IMG/VR virus record: IMGVR_UViG_3300032235_000792
Source of the DNA: a virus
Strand: one strand, 5' to 3'
DNA: 64,000 bases
Position 1 is the first letter of the stretch. Every line of letters begins with the position of its first letter. Positions 48,098 to 58,486 of this stretch are shown here, piece by piece. The translations under genes and the position numbers were made by a program. The notes beneath the pieces were generated by a model. That model had not been told where the DNA came from. It worked only from the letters and a program-made list of their open reading frames with translations, and did no database searches.

Positions 48098-49708
48098 ATG
48101 GCTATTTATACTGTGCGGAAAGACGGAAGTGGCACGCACACCACTATTCAACTTGCTATGTTTCAAGCAACAACTGGTGACATTATTGATGTTGGGCCAG
48201 GGGTCTTTGAAGAGAATGTTGATTTTTATAAGTCAGGTATTACCTTAAGAGGTGCTGGTAAAGAACAAACAGAAATTAAAGGTATTCAAGAAGCAAATGT
48301 AACTAAATCTTGTAGTTGGGCAGTTGGTGCCACAACTCTTTCGTTTCCTGGTGGAACTTCAGGGTTTGCAGTTGGAAGATTTCTTTCTGGTTCAGGTTTA
48401 GCGACTAACACTAGAATTACTTCAGTTTCTCCAACTTCTATAACTATTTCTGCCGCAGCTACTGTAGCTAAAACAAATCAATCTGTAGTTATGCCGCTAA
48501 TACCTTCAACTATTGTTGTTCGTGGTGCAAATCACACGATTCAAGATTTAAAAATTACTGCGCCTCAAGCGTTAGAGTCAAGGTGTCTTGCAGACAACGG
48601 AGCAATCTTTTTTAGAAATACGGGGAACGGCGAGGCCGCTGCTTCTGGATATATTCTTCAAGATTGTATTATTGAAGCAAGAGGTGAATCAGCAATAATG
48701 ACTGATGCTGCCGCTGGAGTTGGGAACGGGATTATCCGTAGAAACATAATTCAGGGTCAGACATTTGTTGGTGCTGCTGCCGCTCAAGTTCCAGCTTTTG
48801 GTACTATGACTAAAACAGGTACAGTTTTATCTGCTAGAACTATTCAGTTCAGTGATCTAAGTGGTATTACCGCACCACATGCTGGTAACTCTCAAGGAAG
48901 TGAGATTACTCCGGGATTGCGAGTTGCTTCAATTAGTGGAAATATCGTTACAGTTACTGCGAACATCCCTGACGCTGTAGGAACTTCGCGTTCTTTTTCT
49001 TTTGTTAACGTACAGTTTAACTATCCTAACGTTGCAAGGCAGTTAGTCGTTATTCAAGGTAATAACATTGCAACACAATTTTTAAACAATACAGTTAAGG
49101 GCACCACTGGAAGCGGGATTTCTTTTAACACAGCCGTAACTATTGACTCAGCGAACTCTCCTGTTACTTCGAATATCTTAAAAGGTAGTTTTAAATTTGG
49201 GTATGCATTGAGAGCAAGAGGTGCAAACTCTGGAACAAACGTTACTAGCAACGTAAACTACTCTCTACCTGGAAACGAGAACGCTGGTTATTTGATTGGA
49301 CCTACTGGATCACAGGTGGCTGGTTATACTATAGGAACAAACTCAACGGTTGTAAAAAGTCTAGTTTCTGCATCTCAATCTGTTGCTGGACAGCCAGTTG
49401 CGACAAGCCTAGATAAAGCTCAATTAAAACTTGTACCTAAAGTTTCTAGTTCTACAGCTTTTAGCGATGATACAACTTGGGAACTTGTTTCTTGTATTTA
49501 CAAGAAAGTTGGTGGCTCTCAAAGAATGAGTATATCTTTTAGAGATTTTTCTGCTCAAAAACTTGGAAAGCTTAAGCTAGGTATGTCTGGTGGTGATAGT
49601 TTTGAATTACATAAAATTATCATCTCTAAATCAGATAGAACCTTACTTGTTCTTAATCGTTCAGACATTGCAGATGCTCCTGATAACGATTTTTCTTTAA
49701 AGTCTTAA
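48098..49708 (+). CDS. pectin-lyase-like beta-helix protein (putative depolymerase/tailspike)
   Basis: N-terminal VRKDGSGTHTTIQ.A..GDII.VGPGVFEENV; Asn-ladder-like repeats. Confidence 0.7.
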   Translation: MAIYTVRKDGSGTHTTIQLAMFQATTGDIIDVGPGVFEENVDFYKSGITLRGAGKEQTEIKGIQEANVTKSCSWAVGATTLSFPGGTSGFAVGRFLSGSGLATNTRITSVSPTSITISAAATVAKTNQSVVMPLIPSTIVVRGANHTIQDLKITAPQALESRCLADNGAIFFRNTGNGEAAASGYILQDCIIEARGESAIMTDAAAGVGNGIIRRNIIQGQTFVGAAAAQVPAFGTMTKTGTVLSARTIQFSDLSGITAPHAGNSQGSEITPGLRVASISGNIVTVTANIPDAVGTSRSFSFVNVQFNYPNVARQLVVIQGNNIATQFLNNTVKGTTGSGISFNTAVTIDSANSPVTSNILKGSFKFGYALRARGANSGTNVTSNVNYSLPGNENAGYLIGPTGSQVAGYTIGTNSTVVKSLVSASQSVAGQPVATSLDKAQLKLVPKVSSSTAFSDDTTWELVSCIYKKVGGSQRMSISFRDFSAQKLGKLKLGMSGGDSFELHKIIISKSDRTLLVLNRSDIADAPDNDFSLKS

Positions 49709-49720
49709 CTTACTTTACTG

Positions 49721-49744
49721 TGTAGGGGCGAAAGCCCCTATACA
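49721..49744 (+). terminator. terminator hairpin
   Basis: TGTAGGGGC-GAAA-GCCCCTATACA. Confidence 0.75.
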
Positions 49745-49913
49745 TCTAAGTTCATTAATGAGAAATCATCTGTTCCTTAGTGATATCAATAGCTTATAAA
49801 TAGTATTCTTAAATTATTTTCATTTTAAAACTAAAACATATTTTTAAATATAAATTACATAAGTAATTATGCGGTATAATATCATATAATTACGTAAGTA
49901 TTTTAGAGGAAAT

Positions 49914-51863
49914 ATGTCATTAACTAGACAGAATCTACAGCAAATAGAATCAAAGACTATAAAATTTAAGAACTTAGGGTTTTCCTCAAATGTATCTCTA
50001 AACAATATATTAGACAGTATTGACTCAGATCTAGACTTTCCTTTAAAATTATCGGCGACGTTTCCTTCAAATAATTCTAAATTAAATATATCTGGAACAA
50101 CAGTGGTTGCGCCAGACGGTGCCAATAAGATAATATCTCCAATTAAGAAACAGATATTCTCAGATATACCAGATCTTTGGGTAGATTTTCAATTAAAGAC
50201 AGTTTCTCACTCAGATTTATTTGATTTGACATGGCCAACAACCAATAACATAGGTTCTTACAGACGTTTGGCAATAAGTTTAAATAAGTTTGGTAAGGTT
50301 AGTATTGTTTTTTCTGATGAACAATTAGTTTTGGCTGACTTAGAAGATCCATCATCTTTGTTTCCAAGAGAATCGTATCCTATTGGATACATAGATCTAG
50401 AGTGTAATAGTTCTCTTGGTAGATTTAAAACTCCGGGGCAAGTTTCTAATATTATCTCAAATGAGACTATAAATAGATTTGAATCTGGTGGAGGAGCTAG
50501 CGGTAGCTCATTTGAAGGTCAACTAATAGATGGAGAACCAGTTGTTGCTCCAGATGTAGGAAATCTTAACGCGGTTTACTACAATGAAATAACTCAAAGA
50601 TACGAGAAAGCAAACGCCTCAAATGTATCTACTAGAAGTGCGGTAGGCCTTTACGATGCGGAAAATAATACTGTTGTGTTTAGTGGCGTTGTAAACTTTA
50701 CACATGCAGAGTTGCCATACACAAATGTATATTTATCAGAAGATATAGATGGTGGTATAACACTTGGAACAACCTCTACTATTTTAGGGCACACACTATA
50801 CTTTAATAAGCTATTCGTATCTCCTACAGTAAGTGAATCAACGAGCGGAACTATAACGGATCCTAACGGAGATAAATTCTTACTACTACAACCGGATTTA
50901 ATAAAAACTCTGGTTCTAGAATCTGAAGGCGGATCTAAGTACAGCGTGTTAGTATCTAATGACGGTGTTTTAAGTACTGAGCCAACTACAGAATTAGCAT
51001 CTTCTATCTTTAGAACGACTAAGCCTAATGGTACATATGCTAAAATTGGCGTATTAGATGACGGTACACTTTATACAGAAGATACATCTGATTTATCTAT
51101 ACTTATAGATGACTTTTTTTACATTAACTCGCCAGATTTAAACGCATGGAAATTTACAATTGATGATAGTGGCAATATAGTAACTAAAACACATGCTAAT
51201 AATTTTTATGTGTCAGCGACACCTAATAACCTTCTTGAGGTAAGACAATTAGTTTCTGGTAGGGGCAGTGTAGCTTTTCCAAACATACAATCATTTGATC
51301 TAATAGAGCCGCAGCAGACTTCCCCAAGAGAGGGTTTGACATCTTTTTCTGTACTCAAAGATAATGCAAATGAAAATGGTGTTTTAGTTTCTTTCAATAA
51401 CGAAAACGTATGGTCATCAGTTGGATCAACAGTAGGAGATGTCAAGCAGTCTGTTTTAACAGAAGAACAATTCCTATCACTTAACGGAAATGCTTGGGCA
51501 TTAATGGACGGTAGAGACGTAACTGGGTCTGTTTACCACGCTATAACTGGTAATATAGTAATACCAGATATGGTAACTCAAGGAGCATTCTTGAGACAAG
51601 CCACAGATGGAAGAGCCCTAGGCTCATATGAGGCAGATGCATTGCAGGGTCACCATCATTTAATGCAAGATGATCTTAATGGTGGTGGCCAAATGACTTT
51701 TAGTCACGCACCTGGATACAGAAGTTACGCCACTCCGACACACACAATGTTATCTGTTAGGGCAACAACACTGCTAGACGATGGCGTAAACGGTACTCCT
51801 AGAGTAGCTAATGAAACTAGATCTAAAAACGTAGCAATAAACTTTTTTATTAAGATAAATTAA
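49914..51863 (+). CDS. tail fibre protein with C-terminal tail-collar-like domain
   Basis: VGDVKQS..WALMDGR..PD..G.FLR..GSYEADALQGHHH..ETRSKNVAINFFIKIN. Confidence 0.75.
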   Translation: MSLTRQNLQQIESKTIKFKNLGFSSNVSLNNILDSIDSDLDFPLKLSATFPSNNSKLNISGTTVVAPDGANKIISPIKKQIFSDIPDLWVDFQLKTVSHSDLFDLTWPTTNNIGSYRRLAISLNKFGKVSIVFSDEQLVLADLEDPSSLFPRESYPIGYIDLECNSSLGRFKTPGQVSNIISNETINRFESGGGASGSSFEGQLIDGEPVVAPDVGNLNAVYYNEITQRYEKANASNVSTRSAVGLYDAENNTVVFSGVVNFTHAELPYTNVYLSEDIDGGITLGTTSTILGHTLYFNKLFVSPTVSESTSGTITDPNGDKFLLLQPDLIKTLVLESEGGSKYSVLVSNDGVLSTEPTTELASSIFRTTKPNGTYAKIGVLDDGTLYTEDTSDLSILIDDFFYINSPDLNAWKFTIDDSGNIVTKTHANNFYVSATPNNLLEVRQLVSGRGSVAFPNIQSFDLIEPQQTSPREGLTSFSVLKDNANENGVLVSFNNENVWSSVGSTVGDVKQSVLTEEQFLSLNGNAWALMDGRDVTGSVYHAITGNIVIPDMVTQGAFLRQATDGRALGSYEADALQGHHHLMQDDLNGGGQMTFSHAPGYRSYATPTHTMLSVRATTLLDDGVNGTPRVANETRSKNVAINFFIKIN

Positions 51864-51871
51864 GGGATTTT

Positions 51872-53077
51872 ATGCCTAATAAGACACACCTAACAAGACA
51901 AGAAGAAGCAATTAAAGAAGTCGGTGTTCAATTAAGAACAGTCGACCCTGTTTCACCAACGGAAGAGCAGGTTTGGCTCAATGTAAACGAGAACAAATTA
52001 AAATCATTTGTAGATGGTCAGGTTCGTGTTTACTTTGAAAATTATACAACCACGTCTATAGAAATACCATCGTCTGGGTTAATGGACGCAAACGTGTCTT
52101 ACAATTATTATAAAGAAATATTAGACTCAGAAACTTTTACCATAGATAATATATTAGATGGCGTTGATGTTAAAATAATGCTAACAAATAATCAAAATGA
52201 TTCTGTAAAAAAAGTAGATGTAGCATTACCATCTGCTGCTCAAATGAATAACGGTAATTATTGGATAATCAAGTCTGCAGCAAACTCAGAAACATATCAT
52301 GTATGGTATGATTTTGATGGAACTGGGTTGGCCGAGCCCGTTGTTGTAGATAGTCAGCCAATTAGAGTAATAGTTACACAGGGGCGCAAGGAAAAAACAG
52401 ACCTTCTGTTTAAGAATATATCTACTACTGGTTCATCTTATTTTACATTATCTGACCATACTGGCGGAAGTTACTACGTTTGGTATAACATAAATGGACT
52501 TAATGTTAACCCACTTGGAAGCACTCCCGGCGGAATACAGGTTAACTTAACAACAGGTATGACTGCAGCTCAAGCAGCTTTAGCTACACAAACAGCTATA
52601 AATTTTGTAGGAGTAGATGTGACAACCACTATTGTTGGTCAAACATTAACAATAGAAGCTAACAGTTTTGGTTCGTCTAATGATATCCAATCATTTGGAA
52701 CAGACGTCATTCAATCCGTAACTAGATTAGTCGATGGTGCACCCACTACAAGTCAAGATCAGGTAGCCTCTTTAACAGCTAATGCACTAAATTTAACTAG
52801 TAATTTTTCTGCGACAACATTGACAAATACTGTACATATTACTTATTTACAGCCAGGTAAATGTGATGACGTCGTAAACGTAGATGTTCCAGTGGGATTT
52901 TCCTTCTTAAATATTGAACAAGGTAGCGGACCAATTGCTATATCATTTACAAACTCTATATCTTTCGCAAACTACGCTGAAGCCATAGTTGTTCCAAGTA
53001 ACTCATTTAGACTTTATGAAATTGTAAAAATAGGTCCAACAATAGTTGGCATATATAGTGACTTTGACATTGCTTAA
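51872..53077 (+). CDS. fibre-associated protein with nested repeated module
   Basis: Two YxVWY-containing modules; N-terminus shared with the 53086 product (EVGxQxR..DP..QxW.N). Confidence 0.65.
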   Translation: MPNKTHLTRQEEAIKEVGVQLRTVDPVSPTEEQVWLNVNENKLKSFVDGQVRVYFENYTTTSIEIPSSGLMDANVSYNYYKEILDSETFTIDNILDGVDVKIMLTNNQNDSVKKVDVALPSAAQMNNGNYWIIKSAANSETYHVWYDFDGTGLAEPVVVDSQPIRVIVTQGRKEKTDLLFKNISTTGSSYFTLSDHTGGSYYVWYNINGLNVNPLGSTPGGIQVNLTTGMTAAQAALATQTAINFVGVDVTTTIVGQTLTIEANSFGSSNDIQSFGTDVIQSVTRLVDGAPTTSQDQVASLTANALNLTSNFSATTLTNTVHITYLQPGKCDDVVNVDVPVGFSFLNIEQGSGPIAISFTNSISFANYAEAIVVPSNSFRLYEIVKIGPTIVGIYSDFDIA

Positions 53078-53085
53078 GGTGATAC

Positions 53086-56000
53086 ATGAAAAATGTTTCC
53101 ATAACTGAAACTAAAGAATCTAGTGAGATAGTTGAAGTAGGAATACAGCGCAGAGCTGACGATCCTAATCCGGTCTATCCAATAGATAATCAACTTTGGA
53201 TTAATTCGTCTAAGACATCAATTGATGCTAGGATGGATTCTATGGAATACTCCAAGGGATCCAGAATCAACACAACTTCATTTTTAAATGTAGAAGGCTT
53301 TACAACTGATCTAATAAGACTAGATCAAGCTCCAATATGGTCAAGCAGTATAAGCGGAGTAATCGCACCAAAATTTTACAAAAAGCAGTTACCAACTATA
53401 GCACTAGCTCATGTAGCAGATAGCGTTAAAACTAATAGTGATGGCCATACATTTGTATCATATAGAGTTACAGCAGGAGCAGCGCCATTTGCAATAGTGT
53501 TAAAAAAATATTCATTTGACGGTGAAGAGGTTGCTAATTTTAGTTTAAATTTTGGAGCGGTAACAATTCCTGCCGCAGCAGCAACTATTCTTGTCGTATC
53601 AGATACGCACGTAATACTTGCATGTGCTGCATTAATGACAATGACAGGTAACTCTGCTGGTACAGTATCTCCGTCTTATCTATACAAAATAGACTTTAAT
53701 GGTAAGGTTGATACAGTATTTCAAACTAGTCTAGGAACCGGTCTAAATGGAGCGATATTAGGTGCAGAGTTAGATGGTGCAAATCTTTTAGTAGGCGGTA
53801 GTTTTACAACTATTAACGCAATAGCAACTACAAGATTAGCGAAAATAAATTTAAATGCAACATCATCTGCTCAATTACTGGACACAGCGTTTAACACAAA
53901 CATAGGCAACGGTGCCAACGGTGACGTTAACTGTATACTTAAAGCAATTAATGGCGATTATATAATTGGTGGTAATTTTACTACATTCAATACCTCAGTA
54001 GGTGGCACAGCAAGAGTAAGAATCGCTAAGATGACTTCTGCCGGAATATTAGACACCACGTTTTCTACGAATATTGGTGCTACTAGTTTCAATGCGACTG
54101 TCAGAAAAATAATTCAACTTAGGGATTCGTCTGCACATTTTATATGTGTTGGGGACTTCACAGCATTCAGAGGCGTAGTTGCAAATAGAATATCAAGAAT
54201 ATCAACTAATGGTCAATCAGACAGAGCCGATTACAATATAGGTACAGGCTTCAATGCTGTAGTTAATGCACTTGAGATAGACTCGTCTTCGAGAATTATT
54301 GCAGGTGGAGATTTTACTACCTATAATGCCGTTGCTCAGAATAGACTTATACGACTAAATGGTGATGGTGCTAAAGACGCTACATTTAACGTTGGGACTG
54401 GTTTTAATGGTGCAGTTAATGCAATTGCATCAACGTCATTAGGTGTATACGTAGGTGGATCATTTTCAACATTTAACTCTTTAGCTCAAATATCTTTAGT
54501 TCGTCTAACGTCTTTAGGCGCCAAAGATGCTACATTTAATATTGGAACCGGATTTTTAGGTTCTGTTTCTAGCATTAAAGTAGATTCTAGCAATAAAGTT
54601 TTAGTAGGCGGTACTTTTAGTCAATATCAAGGTGTTACTCAAAATAGATTAGTTAGATTAAATACTGACGGTTCAAAAGATGCTACTTTAAATATAGGCA
54701 CAGGTTTTGATTCTAACGTTAGTGCTATTGCAATACAGCCAGATGGTAAGATTATTGTTGTAGGTGATTTTACTCAATTTAATGGCTCTGCTCAAAACAG
54801 AATTATCAGATTAAATACAAATGGTTCAAAAGATACTACATTTAACGTTGGAACTGGTTTTAATCTTAGTGCTAAAGCAGTATACGTTCAACCAGATGGC
54901 AAGATAATTATTGGTGGCGATTTCACTCAATTTAACGGAATTAATTTAAACAGAATAGTTAGATTAAATACAGACGGATCTTTAGATACAGCTTTTAACT
55001 CAGGTGCTGGGTTTAATTCTTCTGTGAACTCTATTACTATCTCTAACGGCGCAATAGTTGTTTGTGGTGCTTTTACTTCTTATAAAGGCGTAAGTGAAAA
55101 TCGTGTTGTTGCATTAAATACTAACGGTGAAAGAATCACATCATATACATTTAGTAACGGTTTTGATGCAGAAACAAAAGCAGTAGTTCAATACTCTACT
55201 GATTCTGTATTTATCGGTGGTAACTTCACTACATATAGAGGAACAGCACAGGCCCGTCTTTTAAAACTAGATACGTCCTATAATTTAGGCCAACGATACA
55301 TGCAGTTTTACACAATGACTGGTGGTGGATTGGGCGGTAGTGGTTTATCTTTAGAAGTTGATGATAATTTTATATATGTTGGAACAAATTTCGCAACAAA
55401 AGCCTTATATAAATTTAATTATTACGGAGAGCTTAGTCTAACACCATATTTATTTACTGGAACAACGATTCGTGATCTTAAAATTAAAGAGCACATCCTA
55501 TATGCTTGCGGTGATTTTACTGCCTATAATAGTGACACAAATGAAAAAAATATTGTAGCAATTCATAGAGAAAGTGGGCAAATAAATGTTCTACCTTCTA
55601 ATTTTCAAAATAGAAGACATGGTCACATTATCCTAAAAAATGAATCTTTAGCTATTGCTACCATAAACCTATCTACTCAATATAGTAAGACTGTAGCCAA
55701 CTCAACTACTTTAGAAGCTGGAGATGGCCTACTTATAAAATTTAGTACACTAAATGGTAAGTTATTGCTCGATGAGGCTGCAGTATTTGAAGCAGCACCT
55801 TTTCCTAAAGGTACATTAGGTCCTCTTGAGATTATTGCTGGACAAACCGTAAGTATAGCAGCTGGCGGAGTATACGATTATGCCTCTATAAATATTCACG
55901 CTGGTGGAACACTAAACATAGACGGGACTATAAGTCCAGAGTTAACTGAAATATATTGTAACGGTACATTTACACTAAATGGAACCATAAGAGGAAGACG

Positions 56001-56787
56001 CCAGGGTAATGGTGGATATTTTGAAAGAACTACAGCAGTAGGAGAGCACGTCAGTTTTGAGGTAATTCAAAAACTAGGTGGAGATGGAGTCAAAGGATTC
56101 TCTACTAACGGCGGTGTTGGTGGGACAGGACTGAACGGTTTTGGTGGCGGTGGTGGAGGAGGTCAGGGTCGTGGAGGTCAATACGGCGGAGCTGGCGGAG
56201 CAGGCGGTGCACCAGGCGCAAATGGAAATCCAGATACTAGAACCGCTGGAGGAATCGGCGGTGTAGGTAATTTTACACTAGGAAGCGGCGGACAAAACGG
56301 TCCAAATAATGGTGGAAGAAACGGCGGAACTGGTGGTGCAGGCGGTGGATCTGGTGGAGGCGGTGGATCTGGTGGAGAATACAACAAGTATAGTTCTGAT
56401 CTTCTTCCTGGAGAAGGCGGAGCTGGTGGTGGATACAAGGGTCAACATGGAATTGGCATTTACTTATATATAAAAGGCGCAGTAAGTGGTAATGGCTTGA
56501 TTGATTTATCTGGAACAAACGGATACAACGGTGGAAACACAGTGGTTTATTACTATGGATACGGCGGAGCAGGTGGTGGTGGTGCTGGTGGAAGTGGCGG
56601 CAGTCTTACAGCTAGAGATGTTGGTAATTCTTTTAATAATAAAGCATCTACCATATATAATCCAAGTAAAATATGGGTAAAGATAACTGGTGGAAACGGT
56701 GGAGCAGGCGGTACTAGCGCTGGCGGAAGCGGTGGAGCTGGTCAATTAGGTAACACAGGTACATACACTGTGGCAGGAATATCATGA
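53086..56787 (+). CDS. receptor-binding/fibre protein: delta-60-type beta-propeller plus Gly-rich tip
   Basis: Repeated IQPDGKIIVVGDFTQFNG..NRIIRLNTDGSKDxTFNxGTGF units; C-terminal polyglycine-rich region. Confidence 0.8.
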   Translation: MKNVSITETKESSEIVEVGIQRRADDPNPVYPIDNQLWINSSKTSIDARMDSMEYSKGSRINTTSFLNVEGFTTDLIRLDQAPIWSSSISGVIAPKFYKKQLPTIALAHVADSVKTNSDGHTFVSYRVTAGAAPFAIVLKKYSFDGEEVANFSLNFGAVTIPAAAATILVVSDTHVILACAALMTMTGNSAGTVSPSYLYKIDFNGKVDTVFQTSLGTGLNGAILGAELDGANLLVGGSFTTINAIATTRLAKINLNATSSAQLLDTAFNTNIGNGANGDVNCILKAINGDYIIGGNFTTFNTSVGGTARVRIAKMTSAGILDTTFSTNIGATSFNATVRKIIQLRDSSAHFICVGDFTAFRGVVANRISRISTNGQSDRADYNIGTGFNAVVNALEIDSSSRIIAGGDFTTYNAVAQNRLIRLNGDGAKDATFNVGTGFNGAVNAIASTSLGVYVGGSFSTFNSLAQISLVRLTSLGAKDATFNIGTGFLGSVSSIKVDSSNKVLVGGTFSQYQGVTQNRLVRLNTDGSKDATLNIGTGFDSNVSAIAIQPDGKIIVVGDFTQFNGSAQNRIIRLNTNGSKDTTFNVGTGFNLSAKAVYVQPDGKIIIGGDFTQFNGINLNRIVRLNTDGSLDTAFNSGAGFNSSVNSITISNGAIVVCGAFTSYKGVSENRVVALNTNGERITSYTFSNGFDAETKAVVQYSTDSVFIGGNFTTYRGTAQARLLKLDTSYNLGQRYMQFYTMTGGGLGGSGLSLEVDDNFIYVGTNFATKALYKFNYYGELSLTPYLFTGTTIRDLKIKEHILYACGDFTAYNSDTNEKNIVAIHRESGQINVLPSNFQNRRHGHIILKNESLAIATINLSTQYSKTVANSTTLEAGDGLLIKFSTLNGKLLLDEAAVFEAAPFPKGTLGPLEIIAGQTVSIAAGGVYDYASINIHAGGTLNIDGTISPELTEIYCNGTFTLNGTIRGRRQGNGGYFERTTAVGEHVSFEVIQKLGGDGVKGFSTNGGVGGTGLNGFGGGGGGGQGRGGQYGGAGGAGGAPGANGNPDTRTAGGIGGVGNFTLGSGGQNGPNNGGRNGGTGGAGGGSGGGGGSGGEYNKYSSDLLPGEGGAGGGYKGQHGIGIYLYIKGAVSGNGLIDLSGTNGYNGGNTVVYYYGYGGAGGGGAGGSGGSLTARDVGNSFNNKASTIYNPSKIWVKITGGNGGAGGTSAGGSGGAGQLGNTGTYTVAGIS

Positions 56788-57278
56788 GCTTAATATATCC
56801 TATATTAGTACTATATGATGGTGATGCTTTCATATGCCAAAACTCTTGCCTTGGAGATCCTAAGAGTTACGTCGAGTCGTATCTTTCATCGAATAATTTA
56901 GATAAAACCAATATTCAAGTCTATGCATATGAAAGAAAAAAATGGATCGCTCTACTCTTAGAGTCTAAAAATAATAAGCTTGATTTTATCATAGAGAAAG
57001 ATAAAATAAAACTGCTTAAAACTGTAGAAGATCTAGAAGAAGTTGACATGGACGTTGACTGGGCAAAAGACAGCGAACTATCTGAGTTTTATTCAGAAGA
57101 AGAAATAGAGAAAATAAACGAAAATAAGCAAATATTATCTACATTCTCTTTTATAACTCAAGAGATACGAGACAGTCTGCCTCATCAAATACCTGTAAAG
57201 AAAAGAAAAGTTTCAATAAAGGTTAGAAAACAGGTAGTAGAAAAAGAAGTTAGCGGAGTTAAGTTAGAACTTACATAG
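56784..57278 (+). CDS. hypothetical protein (possible fibre chaperone)
   Basis: ATGA overlap with the fibre gene. Confidence 0.6.
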   Translation: MSLIYPILVLYDGDAFICQNSCLGDPKSYVESYLSSNNLDKTNIQVYAYERKKWIALLLESKNNKLDFIIEKDKIKLLKTVEDLEEVDMDVDWAKDSELSEFYSEEEIEKINENKQILSTFSFITQEIRDSLPHQIPVKKRKVSIKVRKQVVEKEVSGVKLELT

Positions 57279-57296
57279 TTAGTATAATATGTAAGC

Positions 57297-57869
57297 ATGG
57301 AAAACCTAACGTCTTTACCGCTAAGGCAAGTTCCTTACGAATCATTTATAGAAGTAGACAGCGTCTTCTCCCCTGAAGAGTGCAGTTTTTTAATAAAAAA
57401 AATAAAAGACAACGTTTCTATTTCTACTGTAGATGGTGGATTTGTAAATAAAGAAATACGTAGTAGTAAGTCTTTTTTTATAGATAGAGGCGGAGAATTT
57501 GAATGGGTATTCGAAAGAGTTTGGCACTATATGAGGTTAGTCAATTTAGAATTTTATAATTTTGATTTAGCCTGTTTTAGAGAAGGAATTCAATTTAGTC
57601 AATACGATGCAGGCGATTTTTATAATTGGCACAAAGACTACGGCCCTTTAAATTTTTCAACGAGAAAATTATCTGGCGTAATAAATCTGTCTTCTCCAGA
57701 GGAGTATTCCGGTGGAGAACTTGAACTATTTAGAGTATTAAAGCAACCTCAAAAGAGTCAGGGCAACTTGATAGTGTTTCCTAGTTTTGAGCAGCATAGA
57801 GTAAATAATATAGTTAGCGGAACTAGGTACAGCTTAACCACCTGGATCTCAGGCAACTGCTTTAGGTAA
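57297..57869 (+). CDS. 2OG-Fe(II) oxygenase (PKHD/prolyl-hydroxylase-like)
   Basis: YNWHKD, RKLS, YSGGELE, VFPS..HRV..G.RYSL. Confidence 0.9.
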   Translation: MENLTSLPLRQVPYESFIEVDSVFSPEECSFLIKKIKDNVSISTVDGGFVNKEIRSSKSFFIDRGGEFEWVFERVWHYMRLVNLEFYNFDLACFREGIQFSQYDAGDFYNWHKDYGPLNFSTRKLSGVINLSSPEEYSGGELELFRVLKQPQKSQGNLIVFPSFEQHRVNNIVSGTRYSLTTWISGNCFR

Positions 57870-57872
57870 ATT

Positions 57873-58484
57873 ATGATAGTTAACTTTAACACTGATCCAG
57901 TACCTTATTTAATAATAGATAACTTCTTAGATAACTTTAATGAAGTATCAGATATAGCAGAAGATCTTTATTATCTAACAGACTTAGGTACACATAATCT
58001 TTATGTTAAAGACCTAGTTAAAAGAAACGAATTTTATCTATATAGTCGAATTGAAGATCCTAATGTAAAAAAATTAGCAGAACACATGAACTGTGCTTTT
58101 TGGAGAGAGTCTGTCAGAGAGATATATGACAGTGCACCATATCCGTTTCCAATGATAAACTCTGTTACCTACGATGGCCTTTTAATAGGTTACTACGGCA
58201 ATAGCGGATACTACAGTTTACATAGAGATACCTGTTTTATAACAGGACTAGTCTTTCTTCATAAAGAGGTAAATTTCGAAGGTGGTAATTTTATTCTTTC
58301 AAATAAAACAGAGAGAACTATAAATAAAGAATTTAAGTCTGTAGAAATAGAACCAGTCTCAAATAGAGCAGTGTTTTTTCCTTCTTGCTATTTCCACGGA
58401 GTTTCCAGTATCAAAACCAATAGCGATGAAATATCTTCTATGCGAATAAGTTTTCAAAATTTTATGTCTTTTAAGAACGACTAA
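57873..58484 (+). CDS. 2OG-Fe(II) oxygenase
   Basis: YSLHRD, FEGG, NRAVFFPS..HGV..R.S. Confidence 0.85.
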   Translation: MIVNFNTDPVPYLIIDNFLDNFNEVSDIAEDLYYLTDLGTHNLYVKDLVKRNEFYLYSRIEDPNVKKLAEHMNCAFWRESVREIYDSAPYPFPMINSVTYDGLLIGYYGNSGYYSLHRDTCFITGLVFLHKEVNFEGGNFILSNKTERTINKEFKSVEIEPVSNRAVFFPSCYFHGVSSIKTNSDEISSMRISFQNFMSFKND

Positions 58485-58486
58485 TT

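Noticed and set aside
56070-56787. Gly-rich region as collagen
   Set aside because: No sustained Gly-X-Y register and little Pro; GG runs fit polyglycine-II-type fibre tips.
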